DNA from: a virus
DNA: 64,000 bases
Virus record (IMG/VR): IMGVR_UViG_3300037462_000828
Coordinates: 47,727 to 111,726 of that record
Strand: one strand, 5' to 3'
The notes under the pieces are model-generated. The model did no database searches. It worked only from the letters and a program-made list of their open reading frames with translations, and was not told where the DNA came from. The position numbers and the translations under genes were made by a program. Below are positions 38,343 through 47,349 of the stretch, in pieces (position 1 is the first letter of the stretch; each line of letters begins with the position of its first letter).

Positions 38343-38888
38343 ATGAAACCAACCCCTCCGACGAAAACGCCCTTCGCTTACGAGTCAGCCGAGGCCCCGC
38401 CGTGGTACGCGTGCACCGGGTGCGCGACCGGGCCGGGCGTCAAGCTCTGGCGACCCGCGCACGACGACGCGGGCGCCCTGTGCGCCGCGTGCGTCGAACG
38501 GCGCGCGGGCCTGCCGCCGGGGCTCATCGGGGACGACGGCCGGTCGCCGACGAAGCACGGCGACGAGACCGACCAGGTCGGGGGCCGCGTGCCCTACGTC
38601 CCGTGCGAAGACGGCGAGAGCGCGTGGGGGTACACCAGCGTGCCCGCCGAGGGCGTCGCGTGGTGGCACGCGCTGCCGACCCGCCCCGCCGAGTCCGGCG
38701 CCGCCGCTCGGGCCGCCGCCTTCGACCGTATGTGGGCATCCCTGAGCAAGACGGTCGACCAACTGGTCAACCTGCGCGACCGTTACGCGACCGTCCTCGG
38801 CGGCCCCGACCGCATCGGCCAACTCGAGGCCGCCGCCGCGAGGGCGTCGGCGAGCGCCTCGTACTGGGGTCGGGTGGCCGGCCAATGA
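38343..38888 (+). CDS. Zinc-binding hypothetical protein
   Basis: YACTGC..GVKLWR..LCAAC..WGYTSVP..WW; ATG 9 nt after promoter motif. Confidence 0.65.
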   Translation: MKPTPPTKTPFAYESAEAPPWYACTGCATGPGVKLWRPAHDDAGALCAACVERRAGLPPGLIGDDGRSPTKHGDETDQVGGRVPYVPCEDGESAWGYTSVPAEGVAWWHALPTRPAESGAAARAAAFDRMWASLSKTVDQLVNLRDRYATVLGGPDRIGQLEAAAARASASASYWGRVAGQ

Positions 38889-39386
38889 GCGACCGACACC
38901 CCCGAGCCTGCCGCGCGCCCGGATGCCCGAGGCGCGCCCCGACCGGCCAGTTTCTGTGCCTAGGGTGCCAGCACGGCGGGCGCCCGCCGAGGCGGCTCGG
39001 CGCCGACGCGTGGCGCAAGGCGGCGCGGGCCGCCATGCCGACGATCGAGGCGGCGCTCCTGCGCCCGGGCGACGATTGGTCGGGGGCGGCGTACCGACGG
39101 CCGAGCGCCGACGAGGTCGCCCGCGCGGCCCGGCGCATCGCTCGGTGCGCGCGCGGCGCCGAATACGCGGCGGCCGACTCGCGGGGCCTCGGGGGGCTCG
39201 CGCCGTGAGCCCCGTTCGCAACTGGGAGCGCGAGTACGAAGACCGCGCGCCTTTCGTCAACCAGGGCGTCATCGACAACGCCGAGGCCGAAGAGGCCCGC
39301 GAGGACGCCGAACCCCGCCAAGCGATGCACGAAAGCCTCGCGCTCGACCTCGATGTTTGGGACGAAGACGAGGAAGGCGGTGCGCC

Positions 39387-39761
39387 ATGAGTTGCTCGTG
39401 CGACAACCCGGCGAAGGTCTGGGATCGGTCGACGCAGGCCGCCCGCAAGACCTACGCCTGCGAGGAATGCCACCACCCGATCGCCAAGGGCGAGACCTAC
39501 GCGCGCGTCGGGGCGCTGCACGATGGCGGCTGGCAGACGTTGCGCTTCTGCCTCTTCTGCGACGCGCTCGCCCGCGAGGCCCTGTCGGCCGGTTTCTGCT
39601 ACGAAGAGGTCGGCGCCCTCTACCCCGACCTGCTCGGTTGGCTCAACGATGGCGTTTACAAGCAAACGCCGAACGGCTTCATGGCCGTTGATACTCTCTA
39701 CCGCGAGGGCGACGCCGCGCTCTTGCGCGACCTTCACGGCGCCGAGGTTCGAGAGCGATGA
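39387..39761 (+). CDS. Zinc-binding phage protein
   Basis: ARKTYACEEC..IAKGETY..FCLFC. Confidence 0.7.
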   Translation: MSCSCDNPAKVWDRSTQAARKTYACEECHHPIAKGETYARVGALHDGGWQTLRFCLFCDALAREALSAGFCYEEVGALYPDLLGWLNDGVYKQTPNGFMAVDTLYREGDAALLRDLHGAEVRER

Positions 39762-40354
39762 CACGCACGCCGAAACGCGCCGAGTCGACGCCGGTCAAGG
39801 CGTGGCTGACGATCGAGGGGTGGCACGGGTCGACGACGACCGAGGTCGCCCTCGTCGGTATGACGAAACACCGGTTTCGCATCCGGGCGCTCCGCCCGAC
39901 GCGCCTCGCCGGCCGGGGCCGCGTGCTCGAGACCGGGCACGAGGCCCTCGTGCCGAAGACCGCCGTTCGTCAGGGTAGAAGCGGCGGGCTCTTCGCGCCG
40001 GGCGAACTGCCCGACAGGGTGCCGAGCGAGGCCTCGCCGGATCCGCCGTCGTCGCGCCGGCCGGGCTTCGATTGCTGCGACGGATGCACCGCGCCGGGGT
40101 GCGACGGCGCCGCCCGGGTCGGGTCGCTCAAGCCCGGCGAGTGCGGTAGTTGTGCCGTCATGGGGCAGCCGTGCGGAGACCATCGCGGTCGCCCGGGCCC
40201 GCCGAGGTGTACCGCGTGCTGGGACGAACTCGGCCCCGAGGACGACGATTCGGGCCGCTGCGCCGGATGCGCCCTCGTCGCCCTCGAGAGCGACCCGAAC
40301 TTTTGCGGCGAGTGCAACGCGAGCCCGTGCTTGTGCGAGGAAGCCTGCCCATGA
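39758..40354 (+). CDS. Hypothetical protein with Cys-rich C-terminus
   Basis: Coupled ORF with many CxxC. Confidence 0.55.
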   Translation: MTRTPKRAESTPVKAWLTIEGWHGSTTTEVALVGMTKHRFRIRALRPTRLAGRGRVLETGHEALVPKTAVRQGRSGGLFAPGELPDRVPSEASPDPPSSRRPGFDCCDGCTAPGCDGAARVGSLKPGECGSCAVMGQPCGDHRGRPGPPRCTACWDELGPEDDDSGRCAGCALVALESDPNFCGECNASPCLCEEACP

Positions 40355-40659
40355 CCCCCGAGAAGGCCGTCGCTGCGTTCGCCGAGTGCGAGCGCCTACT
40401 CTTGTCACTGCGCGGCCCAATCGAGCCGCGCCGCATCGACCCCGGCGCGATCGCTGACGACGAGACGGAGGCGGCCGCGCACCTGCTTTGGCTCTGCCGC
40501 GAGGGCGCCCAACTCGCGCGGGCCGGACGCGAGCAAAAGGCCGGTCGCTGGCTTGGCTTCGTCCAAGGGGCGCTTTGGTTCGGTGGCCACGCGTGCGTCG
40601 GAGAGTTGAAGAACATGAACCGACCCGACGATCGGCCGCCGCAGGGCGCGGGCCGATGA
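40351..40659 (+). CDS. Hypothetical phage protein
   Basis: HLLWLC..KAGRWLGFVQGALW; ATGA-coupled. Confidence 0.65.
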   Translation: MTPEKAVAAFAECERLLLSLRGPIEPRRIDPGAIADDETEAAAHLLWLCREGAQLARAGREQKAGRWLGFVQGALWFGGHACVGELKNMNRPDDRPPQGAGR

Positions 40660-40982
40660 GCGCCGGCCCCGTCGCGAACGACGCGCAAGAGGCCTTCGTC
40701 GTTTCGTGCGAGCGGAGCGGCGTGTGGTGTGCGCTCGAGCCCGACGGCGCGTTCCCCGCCTCCGTGTACCGCTTGCGCGTCCGGGGCCCCGGCGGCGACA
40801 CGTGCTGGGTCAACGTTCTGCCCGACGGCACGTGGTGCTCGCCGCGCGCCCCTTGGTGGGCCGAGCGCGCCTTCGGCGACGCCCACGCCGCGGCCCGCGC
40901 GGCCTCCGCGCGTCGGCGCTAAAGAACGGCGGCGCCGGGCCGTTGCAACGAGAGCGCGCCGGGCGCGCGGGAGGTTTCGAGG

Positions 40983-41657
40983 ATGAACGATCCGAACCGA
41001 GGGTTTGACCTGTGCGTGCGCCTCGCCCCGGGCGCGCCCCCGTCGTGGGAGGCCGCGGGGGCGACCGACGCGCCGGGCATCATGCGCCGCGCGATGGCGC
41101 GAGCGGCCGAGCTTCCGGCCGGCGGCTGGGTCGGCGCCTTCAGGGGCGACAAGGGCCTCGCGACCTACGAGAAGCACGCCGACGGGAGCGTCGAGGAGCG
41201 CGTCGCCTTGGGGGTCGAGGGCGTCGCGCGCGAGCCCCAGCCGTCGGGGACGCGCGAGGGGTACGGCTACACCGCCGGGCCGGCGCTCGAGGCCGACGGC
41301 CTCTACGTTTTTACCAACAGCAAGGGACACCGGATGACCGTCGGGGGCCGCGTCGCCGTCGGCGAGGGCCGCGACTGGCGCGCCTTCGAGTACGCGGGGC
41401 CGACCCGCGGTTTCTGGCACCACGTCAAGCTCGATGCCGACCCGGTCTGGCCCGCCTACACGAGGCTTTTAGCCATGAGCAACCTACGGTCCCTGTTCGA
41501 CGTCTGGATCTACTACGAGCGCGGCCGAGGGGCCCGCGCCGACGACGCGCCGGCCCGACGAAGGCGCGCGCGCCGAGCGCTCGACCGCGCCATCGCGAGG
41601 GCGCAGCGCGGGTGGGTACGCGACGGCCTGGCGGCGATCGCCGAGGGTCGGCCTTGA
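40983..41657 (+). CDS. Hypothetical protein
   Basis: GGAGG RBS; promoter motif at 40920-40944. Confidence 0.6.
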   Translation: MNDPNRGFDLCVRLAPGAPPSWEAAGATDAPGIMRRAMARAAELPAGGWVGAFRGDKGLATYEKHADGSVEERVALGVEGVAREPQPSGTREGYGYTAGPALEADGLYVFTNSKGHRMTVGGRVAVGEGRDWRAFEYAGPTRGFWHHVKLDADPVWPAYTRLLAMSNLRSLFDVWIYYERGRGARADDAPARRRRARRALDRAIARAQRGWVRDGLAAIAEGRP

Positions 41658-41880
41658 TGGCGCCCGACGAAGAGGCCGCGCCGGCCTTCGGCATCGTCGT
41701 GCTCCGATCCGACGGGCGCTACCGGATGCTTCGCGTCGACCGGGTTCCGCTGGTCGGCTACCGCTGGGTCGACGACCTCGGCTTCCCCTGGGAGACCGAC
41801 GACGGCCTCGCGTGGTCGAGCCCGCTTCGCGCCGCGCGAGGGCTTCCGTCGACCGCCGAAACCCAAGAGTGGTGGCCCTG

Positions 41881-42612
41881 ATGGCCTCCCGACGCCGAGG
41901 CCCGGCCGCGGGCGACCCGAAGGTCGCCGTCGCCTACCTGCGCGTCTCGACCGACGAGCAGCACCTCGGGCCCGAGGCCCAGCGCGAGCAGATCGAGCGA
42001 TGGGCCGCCGGCCGGGGCGTCCGGGTCGCCGCCTGGCACGTCGAGCACGTGTCGGGCGCCGCCCCGCTCGCCAAGCGTCGGGCGCTCGAGGCGGCCGTCG
42101 GCGAACTCGGGCCGCTCGGGGCCGGGCTTTTCGTCGTCGCCAAGCGCGACCGGCTCGCCCGCGACATGGTCGCCGCCGCGATGATCGAGGCGCTCGTTCG
42201 GCGGGCCGGGGCGCAGGTCGAGTCGGCCGACGGCGTCGGCTCGGGCGACGACCCGGGCGCGCAGTTGATGCGCGGCATCGTCGACCTGTTCGCCCAGTAC
42301 GAGCGGGCGCTCATCCGGTACCGCACGAGCGCGGCGCTCGCGGTTAAGAAGGGCCGGGGCGAGCGCGTCGGTACGGTGCCGTTCGGGTTCCGAGACAGGG
42401 GCGACGGCTTGCTCGAGACCGACGATCGGGAGCGGTCGGTCATCGTTCACGCGCTCACGCTCTCGGCCCGGGGGTTCGGGGTCGCGGCGATCGTCCGGTC
42501 GCTTCGGGAGCAGCAATACGTAGGTCGCACCAACCGATACCTGTCGGCTACCCAGGTAAGGCGCATTCTGGACGCCCACGCGACGAAGCCGAAAGAGGCT
42601 TCGCAAAAATAG
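41881..42612 (+). CDS. Small serine recombinase (resolvase/invertase family)
   Basis: AYLRVSTDEQ, VSG, KRDRLARD, FAQYERALI..RT..G.VPFGF. Confidence 0.92.
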   Translation: MASRRRGPAAGDPKVAVAYLRVSTDEQHLGPEAQREQIERWAAGRGVRVAAWHVEHVSGAAPLAKRRALEAAVGELGPLGAGLFVVAKRDRLARDMVAAAMIEALVRRAGAQVESADGVGSGDDPGAQLMRGIVDLFAQYERALIRYRTSAALAVKKGRGERVGTVPFGFRDRGDGLLETDDRERSVIVHALTLSARGFGVAAIVRSLREQQYVGRTNRYLSATQVRRILDAHATKPKEASQK

Positions 42613-42633
42613 GCACAGACCGGGCGGTCTGTG
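42605..42633. terminator. Hairpin between convergent genes
   Basis: CACAGACC-GGGC-GGTCTGTG with an A-run just upstream. Confidence 0.45.
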
Positions 42634-42755
42634 ATTGACCCGGCCGGCCTGCGCCTGGCCATCCTTGACCGCCGGTAAGTAAAACCATGCCCGATCGCTC
42701 CTTACTATACGCGCGCGAGCGCGTGCGCACGGGCGCGGGCACGCGCGCCCGGTCG

Positions 42756-43067
42756 TTACCACGACCCGGGCTCGTCTTCGCCGACGGCCACGGGCCGGCT
42801 CGCCGCCAGGTCGGTGATGGCCTGCGCGAGAGCGTAGGCCTTGGCCGTCGCCGACCGAAGGGCCTCTCCCGCCGCCCGCTTCGCCTCAAAGGCGGCTTGT
42901 TGCTCGCGCGTACGCCTCTCGGGCGTCGAGAGTAGGCTTAGCCCGGCCGCCCGGGCGGCGGCGATGGCCTCGCGTTCGACGGCCTCGGCTGCGTCGACCT
43001 CGTCGAGGGCGGCCCCGAGGGCGGTTTCGAGGTCGGCGCGGCGGGCTGCGTAGTCGGCGTCGGTCAT
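42756..43067 (-). CDS. Lone minus-strand helical hypothetical protein
   Basis: ATG 6 nt from a near-consensus promoter. Confidence 0.7.
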   Translation of the reverse strand: MTDADYAARRADLETALGAALDEVDAAEAVEREAIAAARAAGLSLLSTPERRTREQQAAFEAKRAAGEALRSATAKAYALAQAITDLAASRPVAVGEDEPGSW

Positions 43068-43073
43068 GTGCTC

Positions 43074-43102
43074 AACCTACGCCGCAGTGGCGTACATGTC
43101 AA
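43074..43102 (-). promoter_or_regulatory. sigma70-like promoter with perfect operator-like palindrome
   Basis: TTGACA-N17-TAGGTT; TACGCC-N5-GGCGTA at 43078-43094. Confidence 0.75.
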
Positions 43103-43186
43103 GGCCCTTGCCGCAGGCCCCCACTGACCGGGCCCATGCCAAGTTTAGGTCTAACGATCCGGCGCGGCCGCGACGTTTTCATGGGT

Positions 43187-43444
43187 ATGAACGCGACAAC
43201 GAAGGCAGTGAACGACGGCTCGGCCACTTTCGCCCCCGGCGCCCGCCCTCGCGCCGCGGCCCTCGGCGCCGACGACCTCGGCCGCCTCGCCCGCTACCAC
43301 GCGGGCACGCGCGCCGGCCTCTACACCGAGCGCGCCGCCGCCGCCCTTCGCTTCCGAGCGGCTGGCCGGGTTGTCGCGGCGCTTGCCGCCGAGCGCGACT
43401 GCGCGGCCCTCGCCCCGTACGTCGCCGACGTGCTTTCCCTCTGA
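43187..43444 (+). CDS. Hypothetical protein
   Basis: ATG 9 nt after motif 43152-43177. Confidence 0.55.
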   Translation: MNATTKAVNDGSATFAPGARPRAAALGADDLGRLARYHAGTRAGLYTERAAAALRFRAAGRVVAALAAERDCAALAPYVADVLSL

Positions 43445-43514
43445 TCGCCAGACTGGCCGGCCGGCAACGGCCCCGTGCGGCCGGGGCGCCACGGCCACGG
43501 GGCACCCTGGGGGC

Positions 43515-43934
43515 ATGGCGATCGAAATCACTACCCACGTGGACGCCCCGTTTCCCGGCGTCGACCCGGCGGCGATGGCCGCGGCGATGCGTCGAGAACT
43601 CGACGGGCCCGCCGCCGGCCTCGGCGCCGAGCCCGTGCCCCCGCCCGCCGACGACCTCGGCCCGCTCGCGGCCCTCGTTCACAAGATCCAGGCCATGCGC
43701 GCCGAGCTCGTCGGGCGCGTGCGCTCGGCGGCCGCGACCGCCCGCTGCGCCCGCGACCGCATCGCCTGCCGGGCCGGGGCCGCTGGCCTCGACGGTGACG
43801 CGAGCGAGCGCGCCCTGCTCGAGACGTCGCCCGACCACGTCGTCTTGGCCCAATCGCTCACGCGTGGCGATGCCTACAAAAACATGCTCGACGATCTCGA
43901 CCGCCGGTTCGGCCTCGTCGGGGAGGCGCCCTGA
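43515..43934 (+). CDS. Hypothetical protein
   Basis: Helical ORF in operon. Confidence 0.55.
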   Translation: MAIEITTHVDAPFPGVDPAAMAAAMRRELDGPAAGLGAEPVPPPADDLGPLAALVHKIQAMRAELVGRVRSAAATARCARDRIACRAGAAGLDGDASERALLETSPDHVVLAQSLTRGDAYKNMLDDLDRRFGLVGEAP

Positions 43935-44494
43935 TGGGCTGGGCCCGTTCGGTCGGCCGCTGGGCCAAGGCCCCGGCGCCGCCCCGCCCGCTCTGCCGCC
44001 CGCCGAGCCGCTGGGTCTACTGGCTCAACGACGCGTTCGGCTGGCTCCGTGCCTACGCCGCCCCGGCCCGCGACGCCCTGCCGATCGTCGGGGTACTCGC
44101 GCTCGTCGTCTGGACCGCCGTCGGCGTCGCCCTCGTCGCCCGCCTCGCCGGGGGCGCGCCTTGAGCGCCGCGACCGCCGCGTGGCTCGGCGGGCTCGCCG
44201 CCGTCGTCGTCCTGCTCGTCGCCGACGCCGCGTCGTCGGCGCTCGCCGCGCTCGTCCCGAGCGACTGGGCCCCCGCCGCCCTCGGCGTCTCGTGGGTCGC
44301 CGTCGTCGGCGGCGCGACGGCCGCCATCGGCCGGACGCTCGACCGGCTCGAGGGCCGCCGGCCGTGAGGCGCTCGACCGCCTGGCGCGCCCTCGACGGGC
44401 TCGTCCTCGCCCTTTTGGTCGTCGGCCTCGGGCTCTGGGCCGCCGAGGTCGCCCTCGCCGTCGAGGCCTGGCTTTCTACCCTTCGGTGCGCCCG

Positions 44495-45712
44495 ATGACC
44501 CTCGCCGGCTACGTCAAGACCGCGACCCGACTCGTCACCCGCTACGCCCCCCTCGCCCGCGCGCTCGCCGACTCGATGCCGCGCCGGGGCGAGGGCCCGC
44601 TTCGCGGCGCGATGCGCCTCGCCGACTCGGCCGGCAAGGTCGCCGGCGCCTTCGGCCTGACCGACGACGCGAAGGGGGTCGCCGCCCACTTGCGCGCGCT
44701 CGGGCTCGAGCCGACCGGCAACGGCGATGCGCTCGTCGCCCTCTTCTGCGAAACGCCCCTGCGCGCCTCGCTCGACGAGCGCAGCTACCACCTGACCGAG
44801 GACTTCGCGGTCGTATGCCTCCGGCACCCGACGGCCGGCGCGATGTACTTCGTCGAGTACCGCGGCGGGTCGACGGGCCCCCAACTCTGGGGCGACGTCT
44901 GGGCGCCGCCCGGCTTCGACTTCGCGGCCGCCGCCGACGCGGCGTGGGCCGGCTTCGGCGGCCGCGCGTCCCTCTCGTTCGTCTGGAGCCCCCAGAACCA
45001 CACCACGCGCCCCGTCTTTCCGCCAATGCCGCCCCCGGGCGCCCTCGCGGGCGAGGGCGCCGAGCGCCTCGACCGGTTCGTCGCCCGCCAGGCGAAGTTC
45101 GTCGCCGCCGGCGTCGCCCGCTGGCACCTCTTGCTCGGCCCCGCCGGCACGGGCAAGTCGACCTTCGCCGACCATGCAGCCGGCCGGCTCGGCGGCCGCG
45201 TCCTGCGCGTCGACGGCGAGGCCTTGACGGGCGAAACGTCGTATCAACTCGGGCCCGCGCTCCGGGCGATGCGCCCCAACGCGCTTGTGCTCGACGACCT
45301 CGACCGCTCGGCCGACCTCGCCAAGGCGATGCCGCGCCTCTTGACAGCCGTGACCGACCTCCAAGCCGCGCGCCCTGACCTGACGGTCTACGTGACCGCC
45401 AACGCGATCGAGCGCCTCGCCCCGGTCGGGCCCGGCGGCGAGGTCGACGACGCGCTCGTCTCGCGCATCCACGAGATCCACGACTTCGCTCGGCCCGACG
45501 CCTCCGCGCGGGCGCGCGTGCTCGCCTCGTACCTCGAGGGGCTTCCGGATCGGCCCGACGGCGACGACCTCGCGCGCGTCGTCGCGGCGACCGACGGCCT
45601 TACCGAGCGCTACGTGCGCGACGCCGCCGTCGCGTTGCGGCACGACTCGGTCGACGACGTCGTCGCGATGATCCTCCGGCGCCGCGCGGTGCTTACGCGG
45701 GTGACCTCGTGA
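44495..45712 (+). CDS. AAA+ ATPase
   Basis: LLLGPAGTGKST, LVLDDLDR, VYVTAN, ALVSRI; preceded by three small hydrophobic ORFs (43934-44498). Confidence 0.88.
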   Translation: MTLAGYVKTATRLVTRYAPLARALADSMPRRGEGPLRGAMRLADSAGKVAGAFGLTDDAKGVAAHLRALGLEPTGNGDALVALFCETPLRASLDERSYHLTEDFAVVCLRHPTAGAMYFVEYRGGSTGPQLWGDVWAPPGFDFAAAADAAWAGFGGRASLSFVWSPQNHTTRPVFPPMPPPGALAGEGAERLDRFVARQAKFVAAGVARWHLLLGPAGTGKSTFADHAAGRLGGRVLRVDGEALTGETSYQLGPALRAMRPNALVLDDLDRSADLAKAMPRLLTAVTDLQAARPDLTVYVTANAIERLAPVGPGGEVDDALVSRIHEIHDFARPDASARARVLASYLEGLPDRPDGDDLARVVAATDGLTERYVRDAAVALRHDSVDDVVAMILRRRAVLTRVTS

Positions 45713-46311
45713 GCGCGCCCGCGTGCTTCGCACCGCCCGACGGGGTGCCCGTCGGCGAGCACCGCCGCGACGAGCGCGGCCGCTGCGAGCGGTGCGGCGA
45801 CGAGCCGGCGCCCGTCGCCCCGTGCGCCCTGCCCCCGCCCGGCTGGTCGTGCGGCCGCGCCGGCGGGCACGAGGGTCCCTGCGCCGCCTCGCCGAGCGAG
45901 CCCGCGCCGAGGTCGTTTGGCGAAGCGATCCGTCGGGTCGGGGCCCGCCGCCGGCCGCCCCTTGCCGACTGGGCCGGCTGGGCCGGCTGGGCCGGCTGGG
46001 AGCGCCGGGCGGCGGTCGAAGGGGCTTGGTGGCTACAGTTGCCCGGGCCGCCGGCCGACCCCAACGGCGGCGACCTCGTCGAGGTGGCGCCCGCTGTGAT
46101 GTACAACGGCGCCGACCGGGGCGAGCCCGTCGTACTGCTCGAGATCGACGGGACGTGCGTCGTCAACGACACCGACGCGTCCGTGCGGCCGCGCCTCTCG
46201 CCGGCGCAAGCGCGGGCCATGGCTCGGCTGCTCGAGGGCGCCGCCGACGAGGCCGAGCGCCGAGCGGCCGAGGTCGGCAACCCGACGGGCGGCACCGGCC
46301 TCGCGCGGTGA
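45709..46311 (+). CDS. Hypothetical protein
   Basis: Coupled ORF containing a WAG repeat. Confidence 0.5.
   Translation: MSAPACFAPPDGVPVGEHRRDERGRCERCGDEPAPVAPCALPPPGWSCGRAGGHEGPCAASPSEPAPRSFGEAIRRVGARRRPPLADWAGWAGWAGWERRAAVEGAWWLQLPGPPADPNGGDLVEVAPAVMYNGADRGEPVVLLEIDGTCVVNDTDASVRPRLSPAQARAMARLLEGAADEAERRAAEVGNPTGGTGLAR
45969..46000 (+). repeat. 9-bp tandem repeat (CTGGGCCGG) x3.5
   Basis: In frame, encodes WAGWAGWAGW. Confidence 0.85.
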
Positions 46312-46381
46312 GGGCGCGCCGGGGGCGGGCAGGCTGACCGGGGAGAGGGGCCTACGCGCGCCCCGAGGACGACCCGACCCC

Positions 46382-46657
46382 ATGACCCCCCCGACCGACC
46401 CGCGCTGGGCGACCGCCCGCCGCGCCGCCCTCGCGTGGCTGCGCGCCCATTACCCGACCTACGCCGCCCGGCACGAGGACTTCGTTCAGTCGGCGCTCGT
46501 CGCCCGCCTCGAGCGCGGCGACGCCTCGCCCCCGGCCGAGGCCGCTCTCGTCTCGGCCGTGCGCGACCGAGCCCGGGCGCTCTTTCGGACGACGAAGCGC
46601 CGGGGCCCGCACGTCTCGACCGAGCAGGCCTGGGGCGACCCTGGCGACGACGCCTGA
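46382..46657 (+). CDS. Stand-alone sigma region-2-like protein
   Basis: HEDFVQSALV..LVSAVRDRARALFRTTKRR resembles the ECF sigma2 'AEDLVQE..RNRAIDxxRxxRR'. Confidence 0.45.
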   Translation: MTPPTDPRWATARRAALAWLRAHYPTYAARHEDFVQSALVARLERGDASPPAEAALVSAVRDRARALFRTTKRRGPHVSTEQAWGDPGDDA

Positions 46658-46729
46658 TAGTCAAGCGATGCCGGGCACTTGCGAGCCGTTCGGGATACGC
46701 GGCCCATTGGTAGGTAGAGGCACCGGACG

Positions 46730-47014
46730 ATGAGCCACGACGAGACGACCGACGACGCCCTCGACCGCGCCGGCTTCGAGGGCCTGATGGCCTCGCTCGG
46801 CGTACGCCTCGACCTCGCCCGCCGCGACGCCGCCGTCGGGTTCGGCGGCGGCCCCGAGGTCGTCGCCGTCGTCGCCGTGCCGTGGGTCTGGAACGACCCC
46901 TCGGCTTGCCTCTGCCGCCTTCACGCGCTCTGCGAGGGTCCCGACGGCCTCTTCGTCGTCGCCCTCGACCGGCGCGTTCGCTACGCCCGCCTGCGCCGCT
47001 TCGACGCACACTAG
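46730..47014 (+). CDS. Hypothetical protein
   Basis: ORF with GAGG upstream. Confidence 0.55.
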   Translation: MSHDETTDDALDRAGFEGLMASLGVRLDLARRDAAVGFGGGPEVVAVVAVPWVWNDPSACLCRLHALCEGPDGLFVVALDRRVRYARLRRFDAH

Positions 47015-47052
47015 GGGCGGCCCCTCGGGCCCGCCCGAGGAACCGACCGCCC

Positions 47053-47349
47053 ATGACGTCCCCCCGCCTCGCTCTCGCCCTCGTCGCCGCCCTTCTGCTC
47101 GCTCCCGCCCTCGGGTGCTCTGACGAGGACGCCTCCCCCGAGGGCTCGGCCGGCGCCGCGGCGTCGCCCCCGCCCGACCGCCTCGGCGTGTCCGCGGTCT
47201 ACGACCCGGTCGGCGACATCTGGAGCTACTGCGACGTCTGGAACCACTGCACCCCCATCGGCGGCGAAGGCGGCCCCGCGCCGGCCCCGGGGCCCTCGCC
47301 CCCGCCGCCCCCTCCCCCGCCCTGCGGCCCCGTGCCGTACGGCTGCTAA
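47053..47349 (+). CDS. Lipoprotein
   Basis: MTSPRLALALVAALLLAPALG-C lipobox; Pro-rich tail. Confidence 0.75.
   Translation: MTSPRLALALVAALLLAPALGCSDEDASPEGSAGAAASPPPDRLGVSAVYDPVGDIWSYCDVWNHCTPIGGEGGPAPAPGPSPPPPPPPPCGPVPYGC

Noticed and set aside
41881-42612. Large serine integrase
   Set aside because: Too short and lacks the zinc-ribbon/coiled-coil domain
45969-46000. Phase-variable repeat
   Set aside because: The 9-bp unit preserves the reading frame and has only 3.5 copies
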